A stretch of 64,000 nucleotides of DNA. Origin: the human T2T-CHM13v2.0 reference genome, Homo sapiens. Position numbers and translations under genes: made by a program. Within the stretch, counting starts at the first letter, position 1. Each line of letters starts with the position of its first letter. Positions 40,830 through 53,160 of this stretch are shown piece by piece. The notes below the pieces were generated by a model. It was not told the DNA's origin. It searched no databases and saw only the letters and a list, made by a program, of their open reading frames with translations. Where the stretch lies: NCBI RefSeq assembly GCF_009914755.1, contig NC_060933.1; one strand, given 5' to 3'.

Positions 40830-41320
40830 AAGAGACCATAACAGGAATAGCATTCTCCCTCCCAAGGTCATGCCTATCTATAAGCTGTCCTAAAGACTCC
40901 CTCTGTAGGTGACTACTGCTTTCTTACCAGTGATGTCCCAGACCCACTTTGCTGTTCCCTTCTAACGCTGGGGAGACCTGCCTTGCTGTTCCCATCTAAC
41001 ACTGGGGATACATACCCAGGAGTTGAATTGCCCATGCCTCATATAGCACCCTTCCCTGGTTAATCCTCACTTCTCCTAATCTCACTTCAGAAACAGCAAA
41101 AGATACAGAATTGATCCTGCTTCCTCAGCCCATCCTCAGAATCATTCGCAAGGAGCCCAAACCCTCCAACAGATGCTTCCCTCCTCCTTCCCACTGAGCC
41201 GTGCTCTTCGAGTCTTCTGGAGCGCCCTCACCCCACCCTCTGCTATTTCAGGTCAATAAATCTGACTTCCTCAGACTACAGGCTGGATCCTGGTCCTCTT
41301 TAACTGATCAGGCTTCCACA
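40830..41320 (+). mobile_element. Probable old LTR (ERVL-like; family not resolved)
   Basis: C-rich body, caataaatctgact poly(A) signal about 65 bp before a terminal ..cttccaca; internal ttgctgttccc..ctaac..ctggg duplication. Confidence 0.4.
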
Positions 41321-41354
41321 CTATTAACGTAACAGCAAGAACAGAGTCCTTTTT

Positions 41355-41930
41355 TGTTTATTGCAGTAACATGTATGTAACATAGAATTTATCATTTTTA
41401 CTATTTTTAAGTGTACAGTTCGGTGGCATTAAGTGCAATCACACTGTTGTGCAGCTATCACCACCATCCATCTCCAGAAGTTTTCATAATTCCAAACTGA
41501 AACTCTGTACCCATGAAACACTAACTCTCCCTTAGCCTTGGCAAACACCTTTCTACTTTTTGTCTTATGAATTTGACTACTCTAGGTACCTCATGTCAGT
41601 GGGATCATACAGTATTTGTCCTTTTGTGACTGGCTTATTTCATTTGCATAATGTCTTCAAGGTTCATTCATGTTGTAGCATGTGTTCGAATTTCCGTACT
41701 TTTTAAGGCTGCATAATATTCCATTGTAGGTATATACCACATTTCATTTCTCCATTCATCTGTTGATGGACCCTTAAGTTGCTTCTATCTTTTGGCTATT
41801 GTGAATAATGCTGCTATGAACATGGGTGTATGAATATCTGTTCAAGTTCCTGCCTTCAATTCTTTGGGGTATTACACCCAGAAGTAGAAATGCTGGATCA
41901 TATGGTAATTCTGTTTAAATTTTTTAGGAG
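41355..41930 (-). mobile_element. L1MB-type 3' end
   Basis: aagtgtacagttcggtggcattaag..ggctattgtgaataatgctgctatgaacatgggt..gctggatcatatggtaattc. Confidence 0.85.
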
Positions 41931-42529
41931 AATTCAGTCATTTGACCAAATTTAATACTATTCTGTGTCATATTAAATGGGCCAAACCTTCCTCTGAGAT
42001 GTTACCTCAATATAAATGAGAATATCTGTGAAGGCTATAGCTGTTCTATAAATTAGTCAGAAATGCTTACTGGTGAGATTTCAGGGTTAAGATGGTAAAT
42101 AAAGCTGCCGCAGTTTCTCCCTCCTTGAAGATACAATACTATGTACAAACTGAAGATTCTGGCTCAGAGAGGAGCAACTTGGTATCTGGGGACTCCAAAC
42201 TACCCTCTCCCTCCTCAAGCCCTATTGTGAGTCAGTAAAATCCTGAAACTTATCAGTTGTTACGCAAAACTGGAGAGAAACAAACTCAATGATTATCTTT
42301 TTCTTTTCTCTGGTCAGCTTTGGAAAACATAGATGGGGAAAAGTGGAAGAGAGAAAGGGAACAACAGATCTAACAGTCTCAGACAAAAAGCAAAGGTGGC
42401 AGAGATCCATGCTGAACTCTAGGATGCATTCCAAACCCAGGGGTAGTTAGAAAAAACCCCACAACAGGCCATTAGCAAAACCTGGAACCAAAAGCCAAGC
42501 CGAGGTGTTATGAAAAGATTACAAACAGT

Positions 42530-42745
42530 CGTGTGATAGCATCGCCAATTGCTTCTCTTCCTTGCTGCCTGCTCAATGATGTCACACTAGGAGTGTGAAA
42601 TCAGCAAGGATAGAAGTATTTACACTTCAGCAAATTGGCAAATTCTACAAATAAGGTGTTTTGTTTTGTTGGATTTTTGTTTTGCTTTTTTGATGGAGGG
42701 GCAGGGCAGTGGTGGAGAGAGCCAGTTTCCTGGTATACTGGTATA
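42530..42745. mobile_element. hAT-Blackjack MITE (MER63-like)
   Basis: gatgtcacactagg..tgaaatcagc..agtatttacac..aattggcaaattctacaaataagg..ggagagagccagtttcc. Confidence 0.55.
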
Positions 42746-42829
42746 CCAGATTGTGCACTACTTCAGCTGGGCTCTCCTCCGCACATCACCAGCCAGGTTA
42801 CAGAAACAGTGGACAAGGAACATCTCACC

Positions 42830-43025
42830 CACAGAGGCAGGACTGTCTAGAAGCTGGACAAGGCATGAAAACAGATTCTCCTCTAGTGCTTCCAGAAAGA
42901 TCACAGCCCTGTCAGCACCTTGATTTTAGCCCACTGACATGGATTTTGGACTTAGAGCTCCAGAACCTTAATATAATAAATTTGTGTTGTTTTAAGCCAT
43001 TCGGAATATGGCAATTAGTTATAGC
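42830..43025 (+). mobile_element. MaLR LTR 3' part (MLT1C/D-like)
   Basis: ctagaagctggacaaggcatgaaaacagattctcctctag..ataaatttgtgttgttttaagcca..agaaactgata. Confidence 0.75.
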
Positions 43026-43299
43026 ACCAGTAAGAAACTGATATCACTGGCTTCCCACATCTAATAACTGCACAGGGATCTCACAATTTGCTAATTTTTT
43101 CTGAATTTATTTTATCACTCTTCTCAATTTTCTTCCTTAAAATTCTTATTTTGTCATATATCATTCTGAAATCCACCACTCCCCTTTTGCAACAGTGTGG
43201 GGAATAGGTAAGCAAACATTGTTAATGAAGTCGTTTTTTATTCTTTAGCCCCTTATAAGAAAGACTAACAGTAGGACCCCAGGCTCTATAAACAGATGG

Positions 43300-43545
43300 T
43301 CCAGGAGCAGTAGCTGCACACACAGATAAGGTTTGGAAAAGTTGCAGACGGTACATTTTCCACTAGAGAGTCACTGTGTCCGTTGACATATTAAAGTCTC
43401 TGAGAAGTCCTGTGGTAAAAGAAAACATTTAGTTTTGCTCAACCCAAAGTTTCTCAAGGTTCTGTGACCTCTGATTTAATTTTTCACATAGCATGTGTTG
43501 AGATCCATGAACCAGTGCTATGAAGGCATAGCTCAGAAATGCTGG
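43300..43545. mobile_element. hAT-Charlie relic (Charlie4-like)
   Basis: catattaaagtctctgagaagtcctgtggtaaaagaaaac..caacccaaagtttctcaa. Similar relics at ~11470-11700 and ~50130-50340. Confidence 0.5.
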
Positions 43546-43694
43546 TTTAGCAGGGAGGAAGCTGGAATCTGGATGCCTGTGGAACTGGATTTATCCTGGG
43601 CCTCCCACTGAAGAGCTATGTGGCCTAGGCACATTACTTAGCATTCATATCCCTTGTTTCCTTACATATAAAAGGAGAATAATATGTAACCTAT

Positions 43695-44052
43695 TGCTAT
43701 GGAGTAAAAGTTTCTGTACCCCAAAATTCTTATGTTGAACCCTAACCCCAATGTGATGGTACTAGGAGGTAGAGTTTTTCGGAGGTAATTAGGTCATGAA
43801 GAGGTGAAGTCCTTATGATAGGATTAGTGCTCCTGTAAGAAGAGATACCAGAGCTCTCTCTATCTTTATCATGTGAGAATGCAGCAAGAAGGTGGCTGTT
43901 TGCAAGCCCAAAAGAGAGCCCTCATCTGGAACCCTATCAGCTTTCACTTTGATCTTGGACTTCCCAGCCTCCAGAATTATTAGAAATAAGTTTTTGCTTT
44001 TCAAGCTACCTAGTCTACAGTATTTTATTACAGTAGCCCAAGCAGACTCAGA
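43695..44052 (+). mobile_element. MaLR LTR (MLT1A-like), near full length, inserted in a MIR
   Basis: tgctatgg..atgttgaaccctaacccc..ttggacttcccagcctccagaatt..gtagcccaagcagact. Confidence 0.85.
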
Positions 44053-44504
44053 AATCTACCTTACAGGTTTTCCCTTGAAGGTGATTATTAAGAGGACAGA
44101 CAATTGTGAGTATAGCTTCCCATGCCTCAGATATAGATCTTGATTTTCATTCCTATTACTGCTTCAGGCAGTAAAGATTAAAGTTGGTGCATTATCTACA
44201 GCTTTCCACTTTCCCTGGGAGGACTCTCAGTAGCTACCTACTGCCCTGGATGGCAGCTTGCAACCTTCTGGAATTCAAATAACCAACATTGTCAGACATT
44301 CTCTTTTGACTATCAGCACCAAAGCATCATGTGCGATATATTTTAATTAAACATAATTTTATTAAAAACACAATTTTATTATCAAAAACATAATTTTCTT
44401 TTAACATATCATATTACTTTTTTTAAGTTACTAGGGCTATTATGGGCCAGAAAGACACAGAAACAGACAATGGATTCCCAGCGCTGCTTGTTTTGCAGAA
44501 AAGT

Positions 44505-44990
44505 TTTAGATCTTTTTATGCTCTGGACTGCTTTAGCAGATTGGTAATGCCTATGGACCTATATCAGAATAATATTTGTAAGTGAATAAAATATAATACA
44601 TAAATTGTAAAGAAAACCAACTATCTTCATCTACCATTACCAAAAGTTGAAAAAATAATCTGTGATATAGTAATATATGGGCATCTTTAATGCAGTAAAA
44701 AATATGAGCTAGCCACTAATCCAGTGACCACCATAGTTTTGAAGTACTGATAAGCATAAATTTCATTTTGAGACTCTGCAACAACTATAATGTCAAATTA
44801 AAATAACTATGATTTCTATTGGTGACCAAGTCACAAGTTTTGCTAATACAAGATGATTGGTTGCCTATAGTCATAGTAGAAGGAGATGCTTTTTTCTGTA
44901 GGACAGAAGTAAAAATAAATGTGTTTTTTTCCTATCCATGTTTGCAGATCTCTTGAATTTTATTTAGGGTCCCCAGGAGCCCATAGTTGA
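44505..44990. mobile_element. hAT-Charlie relic (MER119-like)
   Basis: ctgtgatatagtaatatatg, ttttgagactctgcaacaactataatg, gatttctattggtgaccaagtcaca motifs. Confidence 0.5.
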
Positions 44991-45789
44991 AACTTTAGCT
45001 ACCCTTCTGTTAGGATAAGCTGGGAAAGGAAAGTTGAAGAGAGAGAAAAAAAGAAAAGGGCTCAAAGAGAGAGAATGAGATTGAGAAACTGAGATCCCAA
45101 GTAGAAAAATTCCAGTAATGCAAATGAAAGTGTCATGTAGGCGCTGCCAGTAAGAGTTGAAAAAGAAATGGCGGGAACAAAAACAAAACAAGAGACTGGG
45201 AGCAAGAAAGAGAGTTTTATTTCCAAAGCGCCACAGATGGGGTTAGTTACAACCCTAGTCCTGGGTCCTTGGGTGGGACAGGCAATCCTTTGTCTGCTAG
45301 GAGCTCTGAAACAGGATATTAACCACAAGGATATGGGAAACCTGGCAAGTCTACCAAGATGCATACCCCAGAACCTGCAGTAGCCATTGATGCCAAAACA
45401 AATTAGGGATGATTTTCCTAATTCTTCATGCATTTCAACAACAATCAAACCTGCTAGTGATGGACAATATTTCCCGTGATATTTCTTAGATGAGATGATA
45501 TTTGTTCCTATTCTTTGATCTAAAGCTCAAGAAATAGAGCCAGGAAACACCTGCTACTATAAAGGGCTTTTTCTTTTTTATTTTTCTTTTCTTTTTTTTT
45601 TTTTTTGTTTTGCAAAAGCTATTTGAATGATATCCAACTTCCACTTCTACTCTATAACTTATGGGAGGACATACTGCTTGAATTATGAAGCATCTTAGCA
45701 ATTCTTAGCAACTCTTCTTTAAAAATAATAATGATGGCTTCAATATTATAGTTTTTATTCCATGTTACTTTGTTCCTTGAACCACATAG

Positions 45790-46490
45790 TGACAACGGCA
45801 GGAGGCAGTCAAACGCCTAGGCAGATGGGGCAGATCCCTGGTGAAACCCGATCTTCAAGCTGAAGACAGTCCTGGGTAAATCCTCAGACTGGATTGAGAA
45901 CTCTCTTCCCATTTGGTGGCTTTCCTCTGATTGGTCCCCACCCTTCACCTATTTCATATATATCTACCCTTTCCTAACTGGATTTCTACACTGTCGTGCC
46001 CAATTTTGAGTGGTACCTTTGTTTTAGCCTTTTTTTTTTTTTTTTTGCATACTCACAAACCAATCGGCATGCAGTCCCCAATTCTGAGCCCATAAAAACC
46101 CTGGACCCAGACACACTGGGAAATAAACCACCCAGTTTTGGGTGGGGGGGCCACCCCTGTGTCCCCTCTCCACTGAGAACTGTTCCATCACTCAGTAAAA
46201 TTCTTCTCTGTCCTCTTCACCCTTCAATTGTCAGCATATCCTCATTCTTCTTGGACACAGGACAAGAACTCAGGAACCACCAAACGTGGGTATGAGCTAT
46301 AACACAAGTGGGCTGGGGCACAACCAGCCCAGCCACCAGCTGAGCCAGTGCACAAGTCAGGCACAGCCCAGGCAGGCTGAGTGGGTGGGCCACCTCCTGT
46401 AGCAGGTAGCATGGCCGAGTGAGGCCCAGGCAGAGACATAGTCAGTGGAGGTTTCCAGCTGACAAAGTGATCAAGAAAAATTCTGCATTA
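45790..46490 (+). mobile_element. ERV1 solo LTR (MER50-like)
   Basis: tgacaacggcaggaggcagtcaaacgcctaggcagat start, gaaaaattctgcatta end; approximate 4-bp TSD atag/atac; internal CCAAT, cataaaa and agtaaa signals. Confidence 0.75.
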
Positions 46491-46726
46491 ATACACTAGT
46501 AATTTGTTAATCAATATTTCACCAAAGAGCATGATGCATATAGATATTCAGAGAAAAGTGTTCAAATCAATTAATTTTATCCCCATATAGGTCAGTTATC
46601 TTTAAACAAAAACAAAGATTAAAAATTCCATTTATCTTCTGACATAAACTATATACTCCTTTGTCAGATGACTTTCAAATAGTGCCTTTGGGGCCAAAAT
46701 GGTTCCACAATAAAAGTCCATCACTA

Positions 46727-47014
<288 letters not shown>

Positions 47015-47809
47015 CTAAGTAGCTTTATTTAAAGTCAATTAAAATTAACCAATTACTGCTTTAAGTTTTTGTTATAAATAGAGAGTATTTATTTCTAACA
47101 GAATTGCACTCTTCCTGTTTCAGCCAAAACTTTATACAGGAGTGTGATATTAAATAGAAGCTTCATCATTAGTTTTAGAATGTGTCTCCTCCTTAAGCTA
47201 GGCTTAACCTGAAAATAAGCATTTATGGAGAACATAAGGGATGAGGAAAAATATCCAGGTAGCCACGGAAGTCACTGAAAAATTCTACCCAGTTCAATAC
47301 CTTCCTCCTCAAATCCTGGATATTTGCTCACACTCTGAACTCTCCAAGTAGGGTTGCAGATGAGAGCCAAAGGCTACAGCACTGGTTTTAATTTCTGAGT
47401 TAAGTACCATACAACCAACAAAACACGTTGACTTAAAAGAAATATGCAACACAAGGAAACAATACATCCTAAGGTACATAATAGATTTTATTTTGTTATA
47501 GGAATGACTGGAAACTCTGCAGTATATGTCTGCTGTATCCATGAGATTCCAAGGCATGGTGTGACCAAATGCTTTAATGTCACCAAATGCCTTGGTATAT
47601 TTTGGCTCAGAAAAGTCAGTTGCCTCAGTAGTACAAAGTGAAGAAAAGCAATATGAGTTCCATGCTCAGAGATGACATTCTTTAGAGCTCACATTCTTGA
47701 AGTCAGTCTTTCTATTTTCCATTTTACCCCTGAATCTCAGATACCTAAATGGCTTTTCTGGATAATCTCATCTTTTAAAATACTTTGTAATCTATCCTTG
47801 TGTAATTTT

Positions 47810-48057
47810 TTTAAGACTTTATCTTTTTAGAGCTGTTTTAGTTTCACAGCAAAATTGAGTGGGTGGAAGGTCTAGAGACTTTACATAAACCTTTAGCCCC
47901 CACATGTTCATAGCCTCCCCAATTATCAACATCCCATATCAGAACTGCACATATGTTAAAAGCAATGAACCTACATGGACACATCATTATCATCAAAGTC
48001 CATAGTTCACATTAAGGTTCACTCTTGGTGCTGTACATTCTATGGGTTTGGACAAAT
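47810..48057 (-). mobile_element. Short L1MC1/2-like 3' end insertion
   Basis: gactttatctttttagagctgttttagtttcacagcaaaattgag..ttctatgggtttggacaaat; TSD cttgtgtaatttt (47797-47809 / 48058-48070). Confidence 0.85.
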
Positions 48058-48177
48058 CTTGTGTAATTTTCTATTCAGCAGAATAAACCACATTTTCTCC
48101 TGAGAATCAATTGTTAAATACCACACTGACACAGTATTGAAACCATCTGACTCACATGGGAGCAACACACTAGCTTT

Positions 48178-48400
48178 TATTCATTCATTCAATCAATCAT
48201 TTGTTCAATACTTATTGAGTACCTGCTGCGTGTTAAGCACTGAGCCAAGCAGTCAGCATACAAGGAAACAAGTATAATGTTCTTGTCTTCAGTGACTCAC
48301 AGCCTCATGAAAGGAAACCAATACCCAACCCAGACAGCTTACAAACACACAGGGTGATGAGCAATGTGTATAAGTGCTACAAAACACTGACAAAGGAGCA
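48178..48400 (-). mobile_element. L2 3' end relic
   Basis: attcattcattcaa..tacttattgagtacctgctgcgtgttaagcactg (antisense L2 tail). Confidence 0.7.
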
Positions 48401-49552
48401 AATACCCAGGTTGTCCTAGTTCCTCCAAAGCTGGCAGGACAATTCGAGAATAAAAGGGACTAAATTATCTTGTCACCTAATATTTGTTGAAGGCTTACCA
48501 TGTGCAAGGCACTGAACAAGTGTCCTGGACTGGCATCCTTAGCTTCAGGTTCTGGTTTTAGCTCTAACACTAGCTAGCAGTGTGATGTTTCTGTAACACT
48601 CTACTTCTAGCTCCTAGTTCCTCATGTGAAAAAAAAGTGAAACAGTCAGACAACGTGATCTCCTGGGTCCTTTCTAACTCTGACCCTAGGGCGTTTCTTC
48701 AAACAACAGGATTTGTTCACAAATGACAGGATCATCTATGTATAAAATATTTTCAATGAACAAAACAGTCATGTGGCCAATAAGCAATTATAGAAAAGTT
48801 ACAGGAAACAAATATTGTACATGGCATTACATAAATGCCAATAACAGAGAAAATAAATTATTTTGCATCTGAGGGCAAAAAAATTATGAGATAGGTTGTT
48901 AGAGAAGAGGAGGGGTATTGTTGGATTGAAAGGAAACAATTTATCCAAAAGGCAGACTTGAGGACAGTGTCACCCAGCAGGAGGTATCCTCTAACAACTG
49001 TATACTGGATTTTCAACATATGAAAGCTAGAGGGTTAGAAGACAGCTCATCACACTGAAACATAATCTCAAAAATAGAAAGCTTATTGATAAGTGTCTCA
49101 AAATGTGGCTATACTACCAAGAAGCCATTCAATTTGATAAGGACTGATCTCGCTCGGCAAAGATTTTCCAGGGCCATTCTGGATTGCAGTGGATCACTTC
49201 TAAATCTCTTAAATCTCTTCCAGTCTAGCTATATAAATGCCAAGACTCCACACAGTCATTGGCACTGATGTAGGAGTTACAGCATTAACTCTCTCTGATC
49301 CATGAAAACTAAACATCTAAATGGGTATACTCTAAGCTATATAAGATTTAAAATAATGGTACCTTTTAATATAGTCAGCCCAAATCATCCCTTTGTGGCT
49401 TGCATATATATAGGATGTCTACAGAATTTGTAAAGACAAATCTTTTTTGATCAGTTCATCTTTCTACCTGGAGACAACTCTGGTAATAATGGTCTAAAAC
49501 AACATTCCCAAAGTATGTTTCATAGAACCAATATTAAATTAAAAAAGAGGGT

Positions 49553-50130
49553 TTGGTGATAGAACACATTTTCCAAAGATGGTATTAATAACAACACTAT
49601 TTCCCATCCTACATGTTCTTCTAGAACTTTACTACTTCCTCAACAAGATGTAGAATTGAATTCCCCTGTTCTTAAACCTGGGTGGGCTTGTGACCACTTG
49701 TAATAAAAAAAATACAATGAAAGCAGCACTGCATAACTTCCAAGATTATGTCATAAGAGTCATGGCATCTTCTACTTGGTGAGTTGCCATACTGGCATCA
49801 GAACTCGGAGCTACCATGTAATAGTCTTACCTGGAGAAAGCCATGCTGTGAGGAAACCCAATCTAGCCTACATAGAGAAGCCACAAGGAAAAGCTCTAAC
49901 ATGGCAGGAAGACAGATGACCAGCAAGTCTCCAGTGGTTTTTGCCACTTGTTATTTTGGACAGCCACCTCCTAATCTCCTAACTACAATGCTTGAAACAT
50001 CCTAAGCCAGAAGAAGCACCCAGGTGAATCCTTCCCAGATTCCTGACCCATGGACACTCTAGGTGATATTAAGTGATTATTGTCTTATGCCTCTAAGTTT
50101 TAGGGCAATTAGTTTCACAGCAATACTAAG
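49553..50130 (+). mobile_element. MaLR LTR (MLT1G/H-like) within a Charlie relic
   Basis: tttccaaagatgg..gggtgggcttgtgacc..cttcccagattcctgaccca..ctaagttttagggcaattagtttcacagcaata. Confidence 0.65.
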
Positions 50131-51174
50131 AGGTCTCATAACAAAATTTGGGCAAAACTAGGTTAAACCAAACTCTATAGATTTTTGCTTTCCCCTTCAG
50201 GATTTTTTCAGAGGCTTTCATATGCTAATGAGCATGTTCATCTTCAAGACTGACATTAGTATGCAGTATTTCCCAATTTATTTCCCCAAGCAACTATTTC
50301 TATAGCTATTATCAAGGGATAACTTTGGAAAATGCTGGGCTAAATTAATGCTCTCTTCTCATTTGTAGATTTCTCTCTTTCCAGTGATCTGAGCTAAAGA
50401 TAATGAAGATTTTACTTTACCATGGTAATAAATTGAAGAACAAACAGCTATTGCCCAGCCCAGAAAGAGCCACCTCTTGGTAACTCCTGTGTGTGACATA
50501 AACTCATACCAGCAGTATCACAGAGCAAACAGCATAAACTCTGAATGCCACTCACTATTTGCTTTGCCAATAATAGTTCCAGGATGTACTGTTCTTCCAA
50601 TGGGCTTAACAAACATTTCGATGCACTGAAATTTCATAATCCTCTGGCTCTTCTGACTATCTTACTTTCAAACTGAAAAGCTCTAAGAAAAAAAGAAAGA
50701 GAGAGAGATTTTGTTCCTAACCTCTTTGAGAGGAATGAAAGAATTATGCAGCAAACTCCACTCCAGTGTAGCATCAGTTCCTTACTTGGCTTTAAAATAG
50801 AGTACTTCTCCTGTCCAGAAACTCCTGGAAGACCAAGGAAAAGGACTCCAACACTAGTGATTAGGAAAATTTTGCTCACTTTTTAATTGTTTAAAAACAA
50901 GAGACAACATTGAAAAATTTAGAAATAGTTCATTTTTAAAATCAAATATGTGAAATGGTAATTAAGCTAAAGGAGTCAAACCTTAGTAAATATATAACAA
51001 GGGATTATCACTTACTGATTTGATAAAAGAACAGGAGTGAGGAGTTACTCATCTGATTCCCAATTAGTCACTATATGAATACGTCGAATGATCTAACCTA
51101 TGACTCAGTTTCTCCACAAATAAAATGCCACTCTGTTTTCTAGCCCCTTTACCTAAAGTCTAGTCAAAGTTAGA

Positions 51175-51410
51175 GCTAGGACTGGGATGAAGACAATGAG
51201 GCACTCTCCATCAGTGCAAAATTTAAAAGGACACCAAAAATCTCAGTAACCAAGTTAAATAATATTTAGTGCAATTGTTTTTAAAAATCAAAATAATGCA
51301 AACAAAATCTATGATTAACAAAAGGTCAAAACTTTCAATAAAAATTTATCAATAATACTGATTTTCCCCTTTCCCTGAGGTTCCAATATGGCTCAGAATG
51401 GTGCTCTTAC
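51175..51410. mobile_element. hAT-Tip100-type MITE (MER96B-like)
   Basis: gcaaaatttaaaaggacaccaaaaatctcagtaac..ggttccaatatggctc. Confidence 0.45.
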
Positions 51411-51974
51411 TGAGCTCTAAAACTCACACAAATTGAGTTCCACCAATTCATCATATACACAGTAATTAAGGCAAATAAGAAACCAATGCTTATTTTAGTT
51501 CCCCCATGCAATTCACAGGTATTCTCTTACATAGAGATCACACTTATCTACTTATCGAAGCAAATCACTTCAGGATTCTGCACTAGTCCAAATTATGATA
51601 GTCAACATTAACAATATAGGTATGGGTATACACATAGACATACATGTAGATATCTGTACAGATATCAATACTAACATACATAGGTATACACCAAATGTAC
51701 CGAAGTGGAATTTTCCCACTTACATCCAGACTTTCTGATCCCTCTTCTCTCCCTCCCTACTCTCAGCCACCTGACTAGCAGAGGTGGTTTTACTGTACTT
51801 TCACAGAGAAGTGTAACAGAGAATACATGGGATAGAAACTCATGTCTTGTCCAGAAAATCCTGTGAAGAACACTTAGTCCACACCTTTTACCAAAGAGCT
51901 TTCTCATTTGATCACACTGATTGCGAACAGATTCTTTCCCCCAACAAAGAATTTGTTCCTCTTTGATCACAATA

Positions 51975-51976
<2 letters not shown>

Positions 51977-52030
<54 letters not shown>
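51977..52030. repeat. (CA)n(TA)n microsatellite
   Basis: Direct reading: about 21 CA units followed by TA units. Confidence 0.98.
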
Positions 52031-52234
52031 CAGATAAGATAGGGCCTTTGTTCAGTTTAAATACAAAGTTGGTACCAAATGAAATAAAACCTCATTACAC
52101 CAGGCTTGTTACCCACAGATTGGAGCTCATAGATTTTAAAAAATTACTTCTTTCTAATTATTAATATATGTCCATTACAGAAGAATAAGTAAACAAAAGA
52201 AGAAAGTAAGAGCTACCTACAATGGGGTCATAAA

Positions 52235-53160
52235 CTAGTGCCAGCTGCTTTAGAAAACAGTCTAGCAGTTCCTCAAAATATTAAACACGGAGTTATCATA
52301 TGACCCAACAATTCCACTTCTAAGGGTACACCCAAGAGAATTGAAAATAAACACATGTCTACACAAAAACTTGTACATAAATGCTCGTAGCAGTATTTTC
52401 ACAACAGCCAAAATGTAGAAACACCCAAATGTCCATCCACCAGTGGTATCTCTATATCATGAAAATATTCAGCCATAAAAAGGAATGAAGTACTGATGCA
52501 TGCTACAGTATGGATGAACTTTGAAAACCTTATGCTAAGTGAAAGAAGACAGACACAGAAGGCCACATACTGTATGATTTCACTTACATGAAACATCCTG
52601 ATTAAGGAAATTCATACAGACAGAAAGTAGATTGATGATTGTTAGGAACTGGGGAGAGGGGTAATGGGGAGTAACTGCTAGGGGGTACAGGATTTCTTTG
52701 GGGTAGTGAAAATATTCTAAAATTAGATAGTGGTGATGGTTGCACAACTCTATGAATATACTAAAAATGCATGGATGAAGCTGGAAACCATCATTCTGAG
52801 CAAACTATCTCAAAGACAAAAAACCAAACACTGCATGTTCTCACCCATAGGTGTGAATTGAACAATGAGAACACTTGGACACAGGAAGGGGAACAGCACA
52901 CACCGGGGCCTGTCGTGGGGTGGGGGGAAGAGGGAGGGATAGCATTAGGAGATATACCTAATGTAAATGAGTTAATGGGTGCAGCAAACCAACATGGCAC
53001 ATGTATACATATGTAACAAACCTGCACGTTGCGCACATGTACCCTAGAACTTAAAGTATAATTTAAAAAATAAATAAATAAATAAAAATGCTGAATTGCA
53101 CACTTTAAAAGGGTGAGTTTTATAGTATGTAATTTATATCTCAATAAACCAGCTATTTTT
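52235..53160 (+). mobile_element. L1MB-type 3' end, interrupted by a younger L1PA fragment
   Basis: gaaaacagtctagcagttcctcaaaat..tggatgaactttgaaaaccttatgctaagtg..ttatatctcaataaa. Confidence 0.85.
52771..53082 (+). mobile_element. Short L1PA 3' insertion nested in L1MB
   Basis: atggatgaagctggaaaccatcattc..accctagaacttaaagtataat plus (taaa)n tail; TSD taaaaatgc (52762-52770 / 53083-53091). Confidence 0.92.
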
